From: Octopus sinensis
Taxonomy: Eukaryota
Length of the DNA: 55,535 bases
Assembly (NCBI RefSeq): GCF_006345805.1
Contig: NW_021835006.1
Location: 1 to 55,535, forward strand
Direction of reading: 5' to 3'
The notes under the pieces were generated by a model. The model made no database searches, was not told the DNA's origin, and saw only the letters and a list, made by a program, of their open reading frames with translations. Positions 12,683-25,361 of this stretch are shown here, piece after piece; position 1 is the first letter of the stretch, and each line of letters begins with the position of its first letter. The translations under genes were made by a program, and so were the position numbers.

Positions 12683-14654
12683 TTAATGTGTCTTGGAGAG
12701 GTTTTTATAAAGTTTTTGGGAGAGATATTTTTGGAAACCCCCTACAGCATTTGGGAAGAGGGCTTTGAGTTTGTTGTGTTGTGTTTGTGTGATGTGTAGT
12801 ATTTTGATGTGTTTGGGTGGTGTAGTGCGTGGATGGTTTTTAGTTTTGAAGTCATCTTCACAGATGTTTGTGTAGCCTGTGATGTACTCCATTAGTTTGG
12901 AGTCTTTTGTGTCTATCGCTGATAGCATTTGTTGTGTTTTTGGGTGTTGGTGCTTGTTTGGTTGTGTATGGAGCTTTCAGGGTTCAGGTATCTCCCGCTT
13001 TGGTTGCGTTTTCTTTGTTTTTTGGGGTCTTTTCCTTTTACCCCTGTGGCTATTTGCCATTCCGTCGAACTTTTCGTTGGACGACGAGTCCGAATCAGAA
13101 GAGGGTAAAGGCAAAGCGTTTGGATCTATATGTGTTTGTAGAAGGTGTTGTTGTTTTGTTTGGGTTTGTGTTGTTGGGGTGTTAGGGGCAGAATTTGTCT
13201 TTTCGTCATTGATATTTGTTTTTTTGGTTGTTGTTCTTGGTGCTGGTGTTGGTGTTGGTTTGTCTTTTGATGTTGGTGGTGATGTTACTTCTTTTGTTGG
13301 TTGCGATGTCGGAGGTAATACTCTTCTTGGTGATGTGGTTGGTGAGGGGGAAACAGTTTTTGTATCGTCCGCTGTTTTTCCTGTCTTTTGGGTTGAAGGA
13401 GGTGTGGGTAGTAGGGGTTTCCTTCCAGGTTTGGGGAGTGGTTGCTGTTGCCTATTTCTGACAGCAGTTGGGCACTCGTATCTAAGTTGTGCCTCACTGT
13501 TGCATAAATAGCATCTTGGTCTCCTGCCCTCCACCACTACATACAATTTTTGGTCGTTTGCCAGTTGAACAAAGGCTGGTAAATTGTTTATTACTTCTTG
13601 GGAGATTTGAAGCAATATTTCGAGTTTTTTTACCCGTCCAGCTTTCCTCTGGAATGTCAGCTGTTTCTAAAATATCTGCTTCTTCTATATCGAAGCAGAT
13701 GGCCGATACCAGCCACTGGGTGTTCACCATTGGCGGCACATTATTTATTGTGACTTTCGTAATTCTGCGCCCAAGGTAGCTAGGTACCATTGTTACCTGG
13801 TCTGTGCGCAGAGTAAGGGTTGAAAACCTTTTTGCTAGTTCTTCCGTATGGAAGTGAACTTGCACGGTAGCAAATTTACTTCCCCAATTCACATAATTTC
13901 GGAATTTCCAGACGGAAGAGAGGCACTTTTCAATTTTTTCTTTAGGTAGGCTTTCCGGTCTTTTTGTTTTGGTGTTGAGTATTCTGTAAATGATGGTCTT
14001 CTTTTGTGTTTCTTCTATGATGTTCCGTGGAATATTTAAATGTATTGTGTTGACTTCTTTGGTGAGCAAGGACTTTGTGTCTTGTATTTGTTGGTGAGTA
14101 AATTTTAGGATTCTTCTTTTCGGTCGTATGGCTTCCGCGAAATTGTTTTTTGTGGAGGTGGTGGTGGTGGTGGTGATGATGTTTGTGGCAGAGTCGTTCG
14201 TAGTAGTAGTAAACTGTGAAGTCGGGTTGTTTACCAGTTTTTGAGTGGAGGTCGCGATGTTAGCGTTCATACTCACATTTGCGTTCGTGTTGTTTTCCCT
14301 CATTTCCCCTGGTTTATGAAATTGTGGTAAAGGCAGTATGGGAAACTCAACGTCGTAAGCGTTGTCAAGGAGGGTGTCGGTGACAGAGATTGGCCTTGCG
14401 ACCTTGGTTTTGTTGTTGTTGGTAGAGGAAGCAGTTGTCGTAGCAGAAGCTGCTATGGTGGTGGTGTCGGTGTTGATGGTGGTGACGGTGCTTGGCCTTA
14501 CGACCTTTGTTTTATAGTTGTTGCTGTTGTCGATGCTGATGGTGGTGGTGGTGGTGTTGTTGTCAGGTTCAGCGTATGCTAACAGGGCATCCTGTTTTTT
14601 TGTCTCTGCGTCACGCTTGACTTGCACCTCAGCCTCCTGGTGACCAGTGGCCAT
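12683..14654 (-). pseudogene. Tx1-like ORF1 (Thr-rich N-terminus, conserved core, degenerate zinc knuckle, Pro/Thr linker, C-terminal domain)
   Basis: ORFs 13494-14654 and 12977-13615 join by removing one A from the A7 run at 13625-13631 (WTGKK-LEILLQ). Knuckle EGRRPRCYLCNSEAQLRYEC. ORF 12683-12928 is in frame beyond the TGA at 12977-12979. Confidence 0.85.
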
Positions 14655-14875
14655 TTTTGAAAATAAAATGGCTAAATGAAACCACGAAGGCTATGAGAAT
14701 TTTTTTTTAATTTTGCCCACAAGGGGCAAAATTTTGTGTAGATATTTATCAAAGGTTTGCAGTGGATGTTGTTGCACAACTTTTAAACACAAAATATTTG
14801 TCAATATACACTTTTGAACATACAAAATTACCAACTTACGTGGAGCCCATTTGACTTGCGTCTGTCTGTCCAGTG

Positions 14876-14962
<87 letters not shown>

Positions 14963-15849
14963 AAGATAGCTAGATAGATGGATGGATGGATGGATGGATA
15001 GATAGATAGATAGATAGATAAATACATACATACATACATACATACATACATACATACATACACACACACGGTAAGACAGATATTGTTGTACGGTGTAAAT
15101 GCTTTGAATAATAATAAAGGACATCATAGACAGGACAGAGTTCAACAGATACGCTGTTAGCTTAATGCTTTAATAGAAGAGAAACACTCAAGATTTCAGA
15201 TGTGAGTCCTTCATCAGAAGAAAAGGAAAAGCCTATAGGAGTTAGAAAGAAGAATAAACGATGAGAGAGAGAGAGGAGAGAGAGAGAGAAAACGGACAAA
15301 GTGTTAGGAAGCGGATGAAATGCAGTTCAATGAGTAGGGAGTTAATAAGGGAAGAGGGATGGGTGTCTGTGTGCAAGTATAGAAATGGAACCTTATCTGA
15401 AACTGGACATGTAGGAAGGTGTGTGTGTGCGTGTGTGTGTGTGTGTGTGTGAGTTGTCGTTAAGGAGAAAGTGTGGATGTGAGAAGGTAGAAGTGTGTAC
15501 GAGTGAGAAGGAAAGGAAAAGGCGAGAGGAGCTCTCGTCTGCGACCTGCGGACGCCGCGCGCCTACCGGCCCGACGGGAGACGGTTCCCGACGACGGATC
15601 GGAGGGGAAGTGCGTCCGATGCCGGCGCACCGGAAATCGAACGCCGACGAGGCGGCAGACGACCGGCGGCGGAACGATGATGTGTGGGAAAGTATACGAG
15701 TGTGAAACGGTTTCAGGCGGATGGAAGGTTTGTGCTGAAATAAGCATGAAAGAGAAAAGACACAAGTTCTATGAGAGAAGAATGGTTAAAGAAAAAATTA
15801 TAAAAAAATTTTAAGACATTGGTAAAAATTAATAAATTCCAGATGTGAG

Positions 15850-16055
15850 AAAATTGTACGCGAATTGCCAGTGAGTTGCCATTGAAGACAGGAAACTCGC
15901 AGTTAGTGGTACGACTCCACCAAACGTCTGGAATGCCACCGGATGGAAAAGGTAACTCGGAAGGCTCGTGACGGCGCTTGGCTGTTCCAGTGCCTCAGCC
16001 TCGCCATCTCCCATGGCAAAGCGGCAAGCATACTGGTGTGCCCCAATAGCCTAAA
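15850..16055 (+). mobile_element. 3' fragment of an RLE-type (CRE-like) non-LTR element; mirror copy ~36620-36725
   Basis: Translates GAWLFQCLSLAISHGKAASILVCP (mirror copy GAWLFQRLSLAITHGNAASILPC), resembling the RLS.A...GNA..IL tail of CRE-type elements. Confidence 0.6.
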
Positions 16056-16492
16056 GTAGTGAATTGTTTTGTTGTTTTCTCTTTTTTCTTCAATCTTTTT
16101 TATTTTTAAATTTTTCATTTGAGTTTTCTGTTTTGTCCAATTTTCTAATTTAATCTTTTAAAACGGTAAACGTCGTGAAGGCAAAAAATTACGGTATAAG
16201 TGTAAGACACAAGCAAGATTTTTCTAATCAAACTTGGAGTATTTCGTTTTTGGATTTGGTTTGCAAAATTCTTTATATGATTTCGTGTGTTGAAGCATAG
16301 TCTGTTGTGTCTGGGGAGAGTGATTTTCTTTTTGTGCCTTATTATTTAACACACTCACTGGTAAAATTTCCACTTATTTCTTATTTTTATTTTCCTAAAA
16401 TTTTCGTTGCGTCTTGCAACCTTTTCAATAGTCCAGACTGTCCGTCATTTACACTGCGTTCCCTTTTGTTTGTTTGTGCTCATGTGTGTGAG

Positions 16493-16533
<41 letters not shown>

Positions 16534-17155
16534 CTATACATGCATGCATGTATGTATGTATGTATGTATGTATGTATGAATGTATGTATGTATGTATGTA
16601 TGTATTATGTATGTATGTATGTATGCATGTATGTATATATGTATGTATGTCTGTGTGTGTTTGCATGTGTATATATATATATGTTTGTGCATGCATATGT
16701 ATATATGTATGTTTGTGTGTGTATCTGTATGTATGTATCCTGCATATTTATGTGCCTGCATGTCCGTGTTTGTGTATTTCCTATGTATGTGTGTGTGTAA
16801 GCGTGTGTTTGTAAGTGTATGCAGTGTAAATATCACAGTGTAAATAACGAACAAAGTCAGTATTATCGAAAAGGTTGCAAGACGCAACGAAAATTTTAGG
16901 AAAATAAAAAATAAGAAATAAGTGGAAATTTTACCGGTGAGTGTGTTACATAAAAAGGCACAAAAAGAAAATGACCCTCCCCAACTTGGAGTAGATATGC
17001 CAAAAACATGTAAAATAAACAGTAAATGTAGACGAAAAACAAAACAAAAACACAAAAACCCCAAAACTTACACTATTGTACACCCTTTTATTTTATCAAT
17101 ATCAACTCGTGATAATTATACATAGATACATACTACATACATATATATATATATA

Positions 17156-17235
<80 letters not shown>

Positions 17236-17251
17236 CATATATATACGTAAA

Positions 17252-17288
<37 letters not shown>

Positions 17289-17936
17289 AAATCCCCAAAA
17301 AGAAGAACAAACACAAAAAAATACAAAAAGAAACAACGCGAGGACGTGGTACATGTGAAGTATTAGCAGACGCTCAGGGAAGAAAGGAAGATGGTTTAAC
17401 GTTTCGAGCAACGCTCTTCCTTCTTCAGAAACAGAGGAATCTCCAATAGATTTACATGTGGTTACGTTTTGAAAATATATATATATATTTTATTTATTTA
17501 TATTCATATTTATATCTATATTTGTATTTATATTTATATTGAGGGCATTATTATACATAAATGCCACACGCCAGGAAGGACTCTTAAAGTCAAAACTACG
17601 AAAACAAATGTCTTTATTTATTTTGGTAGTTTTGAGTTTAAGATTCCCTCCAAGCGTGTGGCATTTATGTATAGAAATGCCCTCAATATAAATGAATATA
17701 TTGAGGAGAAAAATTGATGGATTTTTCTGTTTTCTTCACGCTAACTACTTGATAAATTATTATAAAGATTGTATCCTATTTTTAAATTGTATATATATAT
17801 ATTACCTCCCTGCTTCCATTTCCTGAGCGCCTATAATAATAATACTGTAATTGTTCCATTGTTGTGTTGTTTTTTGTTTCCCGTTTGGATTAAAATTATA
17901 TATAATATATATATATATATATATAGGTATCTATAT

Positions 17937-17997
<61 letters not shown>

Positions 17998-18221
17998 ATA
18001 TATATATAATAATATATATTATATATATATATATAATGTATATATATATGTATATATATATATTTGTATATATATATATATGTATATATATATCTGTATG
18101 TATATTATATAATGTGGTGTATTTATATATGTATATATAGGTGTGTATATATATATGTATATATATGTATATATATGTAATATATGTATATATATATGTA
18201 TATATATATATATATATATAA

Positions 18222-18258
<37 letters not shown>

Positions 18259-18296
18259 ATGTATATATATATATAATAATATATTATATATATATA

Positions 18297-18332
<36 letters not shown>

Positions 18333-18770
18333 ATGATTATTAGATAGCAGAACTTTTCTTTTTTCACATATTCTTCACGATTGTTGACACTACTTTATTG
18401 GAATTGAATTGAAATATTTTGGTACGTGGTAATACATGTAAAAAAAAAAATTATAATTTCCTGGGATGGAATTATCCTTTAAACTTACACTAATATATTA
18501 TTACAAGTATTTATTTTTAACTCGTTAGGGAACGATAAACATCCTCTCACACGGTCAGAATCTAACAAGTGACCTGTCCGTTGTAGTGTTTTTAACTGAT
18601 CCCAATGCTGACTCACTCGCACCTTTTACAATTTAATAACTGGTGTATTATTAAATTCCTTTTTTCAAAGTTTATCCTTCACTGTTTTTAAAACTCGGAA
18701 ATGCAAGACATTTATCACACATACACATACATACTACAAACATACATACATACATACATACATATACAAT

Positions 18771-18806
<36 letters not shown>

Positions 18807-19019
18807 ATATATATATTATATCCATATATATTTACATATACATATAATATATATATATATATATAGATATATATATTATATATATACATATATATATATA
18901 TATACATATATTATCCATATATATTTACATATACATATATATATATAGATATATATTATACATATATACATATATATATATATATGTATATATATTTATA
19001 TATATACACACACACACAG

Positions 19020-19068
<49 letters not shown>

Positions 19069-19234
19069 GTTACTCCAAACAAGAAAGCCCCAAAAAACAC
19101 AACGCGAGGACGTGCAACAAATATAGTATTTTTGGACTAATTACCGAATATCAGTTTTTTATACGCTAGACCACTCGTGTTGAAATTGATGTTATCAAAT
19201 TAATATCCAATTTTTCACCCTCATTTTGATTTTA

Positions 19235-19266
<32 letters not shown>

Positions 19267-19659
19267 TCGCATCTTTTTTCCCTTCTTATGCTTAATATAT
19301 TTTCTGAAACATTCTGTTGCACACAAAGACATGTTTATGTATTTGCTTTGCCAATGTAATATTCAAAGAGTGATTAATCTATGTTGTTTCTTTGCTGTTG
19401 TAAATTTTCCTCTGTGACTCAGTTATTTATTTTATTGTTGTTAAATAAAATATTTTTATCTGAGAATAAGACTCGTCTGTCATATTTCTGAAACACATCT
19501 CTTCTCTATATCAACTACAACACACAACATTAATGTTAAAGGGGTGACTCCACCGTAAGGAATCTTATTTGGCAACTGACCGAACCAACGCTTCAAAGAA
19601 CTTCTTCAAACATTTTAAGATTTGTGATCTATACAACCATTCACCCCACCCTCTCTCTG

Positions 19660-20160
19660 TGAGCTGGTTGAATCGTTAGCACGCCGGGCGAAATACTTAG
19701 CGATATTTCATCTGTTGCTACGTTCTGAGTTCAAATTCCGCGGAGGTCGACTTTGCCTTTCATCCTTTCGGAGTCGATAAATTAAGTACCAGTTATGCAC
19801 ATGGATCGATATAATCGACTTAATCCCTTTGTCTGTCCTTGTTTGTCCCCTCTGTGTTTAGCCCCTTTTGGGTAGTAAAGAAATTGGTATTTCGTCTGCT
19901 GCTATGTTCTGAGTTCAAATTCCGCCGAGGTTGACTTTGCCTTTAAACCTTTCGGAGTCGATAAATTAAGTACCAGTTACGCACTGGGATCGATATAATC
20001 GACTTAATCCCTTTGTCTGTTTTTGTTTGTCCCCTCTGTGTTTAGCCCCTTTTGGGTAGTGAAGAAACAGGCATTTCGTCCGCTGAGAGCGGCGAGCGTG
20101 CAGAAACGTTAAAACGCCGGGCGAAATGCGTAGCCATATTTCGTCTGCCGTGAAGTTCTG
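19660..20160 (+). mobile_element. tRNA-derived SINE family 3, locally duplicated (others ~32760-33035 -, 39405-39590 +, 41205-41270 -)
   Basis: Shared gagctgg..gaatcgttagcacgccgggcgaaat..gagttcaaattccgccgaggtcgactttgcctttcatcctttcgg. Confidence 0.75.
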
Positions 20161-21040
20161 TTGTGAGAAATCCTTTACCCGGAAATCAAATCTTGTTATT
20201 CACAAAACACCGCACACACGAGAACGCCCTTGACTTTTTGAAGTTTGTGGGAAATACTTTATTTCTGATGATAATTTAAACAAACGAATCCATATTTAAT
20301 ATATGTTAATTTATGCTCCATTTCCAGCAGAATAGGGACAAAGATATGATTCCTTTTTTTCAAAATTAATTGAAACAAAGACAGTGTTCTTCAACAGAAT
20401 ATGGTAACGAAAGGGTTAAAGTGATCTAAATGAAAACATTCCCTTAAAATTTTATATTATTTTATGTTCCAAACATCAACTTCATAAGGAAAAAGTTATT
20501 TTATTCAATCTTTAATATTCAAAATTAATTGAAAGAAGGGCAACAGAATATGGTAAGAAAAGGGTTCAAAAATAAACCTTCCATCAATATTTCAAGTTAG
20601 TTTGTTGAGAAAACGAGAGAGTGAAGGAGGAAAGTGGAAGGTAAAAAGGTCCTTCATCAGAAGATGTTTCAATTTAAAAGCATCTCTCTGATGTGTCTTT
20701 GTCTGTGAATGGCTAAAGTACTGTCTTTCATGAATGATTTCCCGTAAATCTCACAGCAAAATGTTGGAAATTCTTTATTTCTGATGGAAATTTAAACAGA
20801 AACAAACGAATCCACACTGGGGAAAAATCCTATCCGTGTCAGACATTTGGGAAGTGATTCTCGGCTAAATCTCATTTGGTTATTCATATCCGAAGTCAGA
20901 CACGAGAAAACCCATATCATTGTGTCTTATGTAGGAAATCGTTGGTTTCTGTCAGTTACTTAAACAGACACAAATTGATACACGCCGAGAAAAACCATTT
21001 CGTTGTGAAATTTGCGGTAGATCATTTGTTGACAAGTCAT
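20160..21040 (+). pseudogene. Degenerate C2H2 zinc-finger array fragments (20160-20290 and 20760-21040); mirror copies ~31820-32110 and ~32630-32760
   Basis: CEKSFTRKSNLVIH..HTRERP; KRIHTGEKSYPC; SHLVIHIRSQTRENPYHCVLCRKS..YLNRHKLIHAEK; FRCEICGRSF. Contains stops and frameshifts and is cut by a SINE at 21041. Confidence 0.8.
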
Positions 21041-21720
21041 AGGAGTGGCTGTGTGGTAAGTAGCTTGCTTGCACACCACAGCGTTCAAGGTTCAGTCCCA
21101 CTGCGTGGAACCTTGGGCTGGTGCTTTTTACTATAGCCTCGGGCCGACCAGAGCCTTGTGAGTTGATTTGGTAGACGGAAACTGAAAGAAGCCCGTCGTA
21201 TATATATATATATATATATAATTATATAGATATATATATATATATCTATATATAGATAGAGAGAGAGAGAGAGAGAGATAGAGAGAGACAGACAGACAGA
21301 GACAGACAGACAGAAAGACAGAGACAGACAGACAGACAGAGAGGGAGAGAGATAGGTACAGGAGTAGCTGTGTGGTAAGTAGCTTGCTTACCAACAACAA
21401 GGTTCCAGGTTCATTCCCACTGCGTGGCACCTTGGCCGAGTGACTTCTTCTATAACTCGGGCCAAATAAAGCCTGGTCAGTGGATTTTGTCGACGGAAAC
21501 TAAAAGAAGCCCGTCGTATATAAGTATTTATATATGTATATATATATATAGGTGTAGGAGTGGCTGTGTGGTAAGTAGCTTGCTTACCAACCACAAGGTT
21601 CCAGGTTCATTCTCACTGCGGGGCACCTTGGGCAAGTGACTTCTACTATAGCCTCGGGGCACAAAAGTCATGTGAGTGGATTTGGTAGATGGAAACTGAA
21701 AGAATCCCGTCGTATATATG

Positions 21721-21782
<62 letters not shown>

Positions 21783-21958
21783 GCAGAAGTGGCTGTGTGG
21801 TAAGTAGCTTGCTTACCAACCACAAGGTTCCAGGTTCAGTCACGCTGCATGGCACCTTGGGCGAGTGACTTCTACTATGGCTCGGGCCAAACAAGCCTTG
21901 TGAGTGGATTTGATAGACGGAAACTTAAAGAAGCCTGTCGTGTATATGTATTATGTAT

Positions 21959-22036
<78 letters not shown>

Positions 22037-22038
22037 TA

Positions 22039-22069
<31 letters not shown>

Positions 22070-23269
22070 AATATATATATATAGATATTATAGATATATA
22101 GGCGCAGAGTGGCTGTGTGGTAAGTAGCTGCTTACCAACCACAAGGTTCCAGGTTCAGTCACGCTGCATGGCACCTTGGACGAGTGACTTCTACTATAGC
22201 CTCGGGCCAAACAAAGCCTTGTGAGTGTATTTGGTAGATGGAAACTGAAAGAACCCGTCGTATATATGTACTGTATGTAGATTTAGCTCAAAAACATACT
22301 GTAAAGCCAGAAATGTAGTCTATAGTATAAGATGTATAGAGGGACGATGCAGTAACAAGACAACGACATAAGAAGGGGAAACGGCAAGAAGCATAGGAGA
22401 GCGGGTAAATGGGCATTGGAGACAACTCTAGGAAGGTAAATGCTCATCGATTCTGTACCACACGCCGAACAGGAACACGGATGATCATCAACAACATAGA
22501 ATTAAAATTTGTCCAACATAGAAAGATGCAACAACAGACAATTACAGAAGCTACACACCATAATAGGAAATAAACCTAGGCTGAATAGAAACAAGAATGG
22601 AACACTAACACACACCACAACATATAACGGTAAGGATCCCAAAACATAATAAATACACAGATAATAAACAAATAGAAATAAATAACTATATTATATATAA
22701 TTTTTATTTATTATTTTATTATAGTAAAGTTGTTTATAATACATATATACATACAAGCAAATGGAATGATAATATAAGTGATGTAAACACATGAACAAAA
22801 GAAGAATAAACAAAAACCAACAACAAAAACAAATTACATGAAGTATATAACAGTATAAATATTACAGGCATCCCCCAAACACACACGAAATAATTAAACA
22901 AACATAGTGATAGAAGCATAGAAGCTGCGCAAATGAAGACATACATAGAAATACAATGCAGTCGGTTAGTAATGAGAGACACAAATATGAAAGAAGAAAA
23001 CAAAGGACCACTGATGCGGTCACAGGAGTGTGACGAAAGAACTCTGGCCGAACAAATCTAATTAGATTAATGTAAAAAATAAATAACACTTAAGAAAAGT
23101 AACTACCAACTATATATTGCGTGTGTTTTTATTGGCTAACCTGGCACAATGACATTCGGAAATAAAAATATCTGTTTTCAATACCGACTTCACATAAAAA
23201 ATCTTGCACAACAATATATAAACGTATATATTATCATATATATAATATATATATATATATTATATATAG

Positions 23270-23304
<35 letters not shown>

Positions 23305-23556
23305 GCAGAAGTGGCTGTGTGGTATGTAGCTTGCTTGCCAACCACATGGTTTCAGGTTCATTCCCACTGCGTGGAACCTTGGGCGAGTGACTTCTACTAT
23401 AGCCTCGGGCCAAGCAAAGCCTTGTGAGTGGATTTGACAGACGGAAACTTAAAGAAGCCCGTCGTATATATATATATAGGTGCAGGAGTGGCTGTGTGGT
23501 AAGTAGCTTGCCTGCCAACCACATGGTTCCAGGTTCAGTCACACTGCGTGGCACCT
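21041..23556 (+). mobile_element. Tandem array of ~160-bp tRNA-derived SINE family 1 (six full copies and one half copy) separated by (AT)n
   Basis: Unit AGGAGTGGCTGTGTGGTAAGTAGCTTGC...GGTTCAGTCCC...CCTTGGGCAAGTG...GAAAGAAGCCCGTCG with A/B-box-like motifs and a CORE-like CCTTGGGCAAG. Starts near 21041, 21360, 21555, 21782, 22103, 23303 and 23480. Confidence 0.9.
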
Positions 23557-24195
23557 TGTGCTTTGTAGAAAATGTCTGTTTCTCTTTTAAGGTTAATTTT
23601 TTTAATTAGTATATCCAAGAATGGGAGCTCCTTTTGGTTGTATTCCATTGTGAACTGTATATTTGGGATCCATGGGACTATCACTCAGACGTAGATGCAC
23701 ACTGCATCGACAACAGATTGCATTCCCAGAATACAGAATGATACCTTTTAGTGAGCACATTGAGAAATGCGCAAAGCAACTACTACCACAATTTTTAATC
23801 TTTCCATTTTTAACAATGTGCTATCGGAACACCAACACAAATTAGACTAAACAAGGAAACATTCTTCATTGAAAAGTGCAAGCCCAGACTTAACCATTCC
23901 AACATACTTATACAGAGAAATTCACCCCAAAGGAAGGGCAAAAAATTTCAAGCGATTATCTCCCTTACACCGGAAGAAATCATTTATTACCTCCCCTTAT
24001 CTAGAACTCTTCTCAACATAAACATAACGATGTAAAAAATTTGAAAAGCTGAACGCGAAACCGGTCATTTCCTCTAAACTACGTCATTCTAAGGAAAAAA
24101 ATTTATAATATTCTTCAGACATATTGACTCAAATATATATTTTTTAAACTTTTAAAACAAGCCTTCCGTAGTTTTTTTCACTTTTTACTATTCTC

Positions 24196-24299
<104 letters not shown>

Positions 24300-24304
24300 T
24301 ATAT

Positions 24305-24479
24305 ACGACGGTCTTTCTTTCAGTATCCGTCTACAAAACCCACTCACAAGGTTTGGTTGGCCCGAGGCTATAGCAGAAGACACTTGACCAAAGTGACACG
24401 CATTGGGACTGAACCGGAACCATGTGGTTGGTAAGCAGCTCCTTACCACACAGCCACTCCTGCGCCTATAAATGTATAT

Positions 24480-24529
<50 letters not shown>

Positions 24530-24533
24530 CATC

Positions 24534-24590
<57 letters not shown>

Positions 24591-24808
24591 CATATATACG
24601 ACGGGCTACTTTCAGTTTCCGTCTACCAAATCAACTCACAAGGTTTGGCTGGCCCGAGGCTATAGTAGAAGTCACTTGCCCAAGGTGCCACGCAGTGGGA
24701 CTGAACCCGGAACCTTATGGTTGGTAAGCAAGCTACTTACCACACGGCCACTCCTGCATCTAAATATATATATATATATAAATATATATATTATATATAC
24801 TATAATAG

Positions 24809-24841
<33 letters not shown>

Positions 24842-24872
24842 ATATATATATAACTATATACATATATATATG

Positions 24873-24915
<43 letters not shown>

Positions 24916-24924
24916 TAACATAAC

Positions 24925-24955
<31 letters not shown>

Positions 24956-25316
24956 TATACATATATACGACGGGCTTCTTTCAGTTTCTGTCTACCAAAT
25001 CCACTCACAAGTCTCCGGTCGGCCCGAGGTTATAATAAAAGACGTCTACCCAAGGTCCCACCTCGTGGGAATGAACCTGGAACCTTGTGGTTGGTAAGCA
25101 AGCTACTTACCACACAGCCACTCCTGCGCCTATGTATATATATATATATATACGATGGGCTTCTTTCAGTTTCCGTCTACCAAATCCACTCGGAAGGCTT
25201 TGGTTGGCCCGAGGCTATAGTAGAAGTCACCTGCCCAAGGTGCCACGCAGTGGGAATGAACCCGGAACCTTGTGGTTGATGAGCAAGCTACTTACCGCAA
25301 AGCCACTCCTGCGCCT
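24305..25316 (-). mobile_element. Second tandem array of SINE family 1 (four copies), opposite orientation
   Basis: Copies near 24305, 24598, 24966 and 25151 separated by (AT)n. Confidence 0.9.
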
Positions 25317-25326
25317 ATATATATAT

Positions 25327-25361
<35 letters not shown>

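Larger units (their letters stand above)
8817..14875 (-). mobile_element. Full-length, inactivated L1/Tx1-clade non-LTR retrotransposon (~6.06 kb) inside a (GATA)n array
   Basis: 5'UTR, ORF1, ORF2 (APE-RT-CCHC) and a 3'UTR ending in AATAAA (8827-8832). GATA/GACA repeats on both flanks. Candidate 13-bp TSD agataggtggata (8804-8816) vs agatagatagata (14876-14888). Confidence 0.95.

Noticed and set aside
12879-13511. 210-aa + strand hydrophobic ORF
   Set aside because: Antisense shadow of the Thr/Lys/Pro-rich LINE ORF1.
22270-24000. Weak Penelope endonuclease tails (IGNKPRLNR ~22570; ETFFIEKCKPRLN ~23870)
   Set aside because: Too short and degenerate to delimit as elements by eye.
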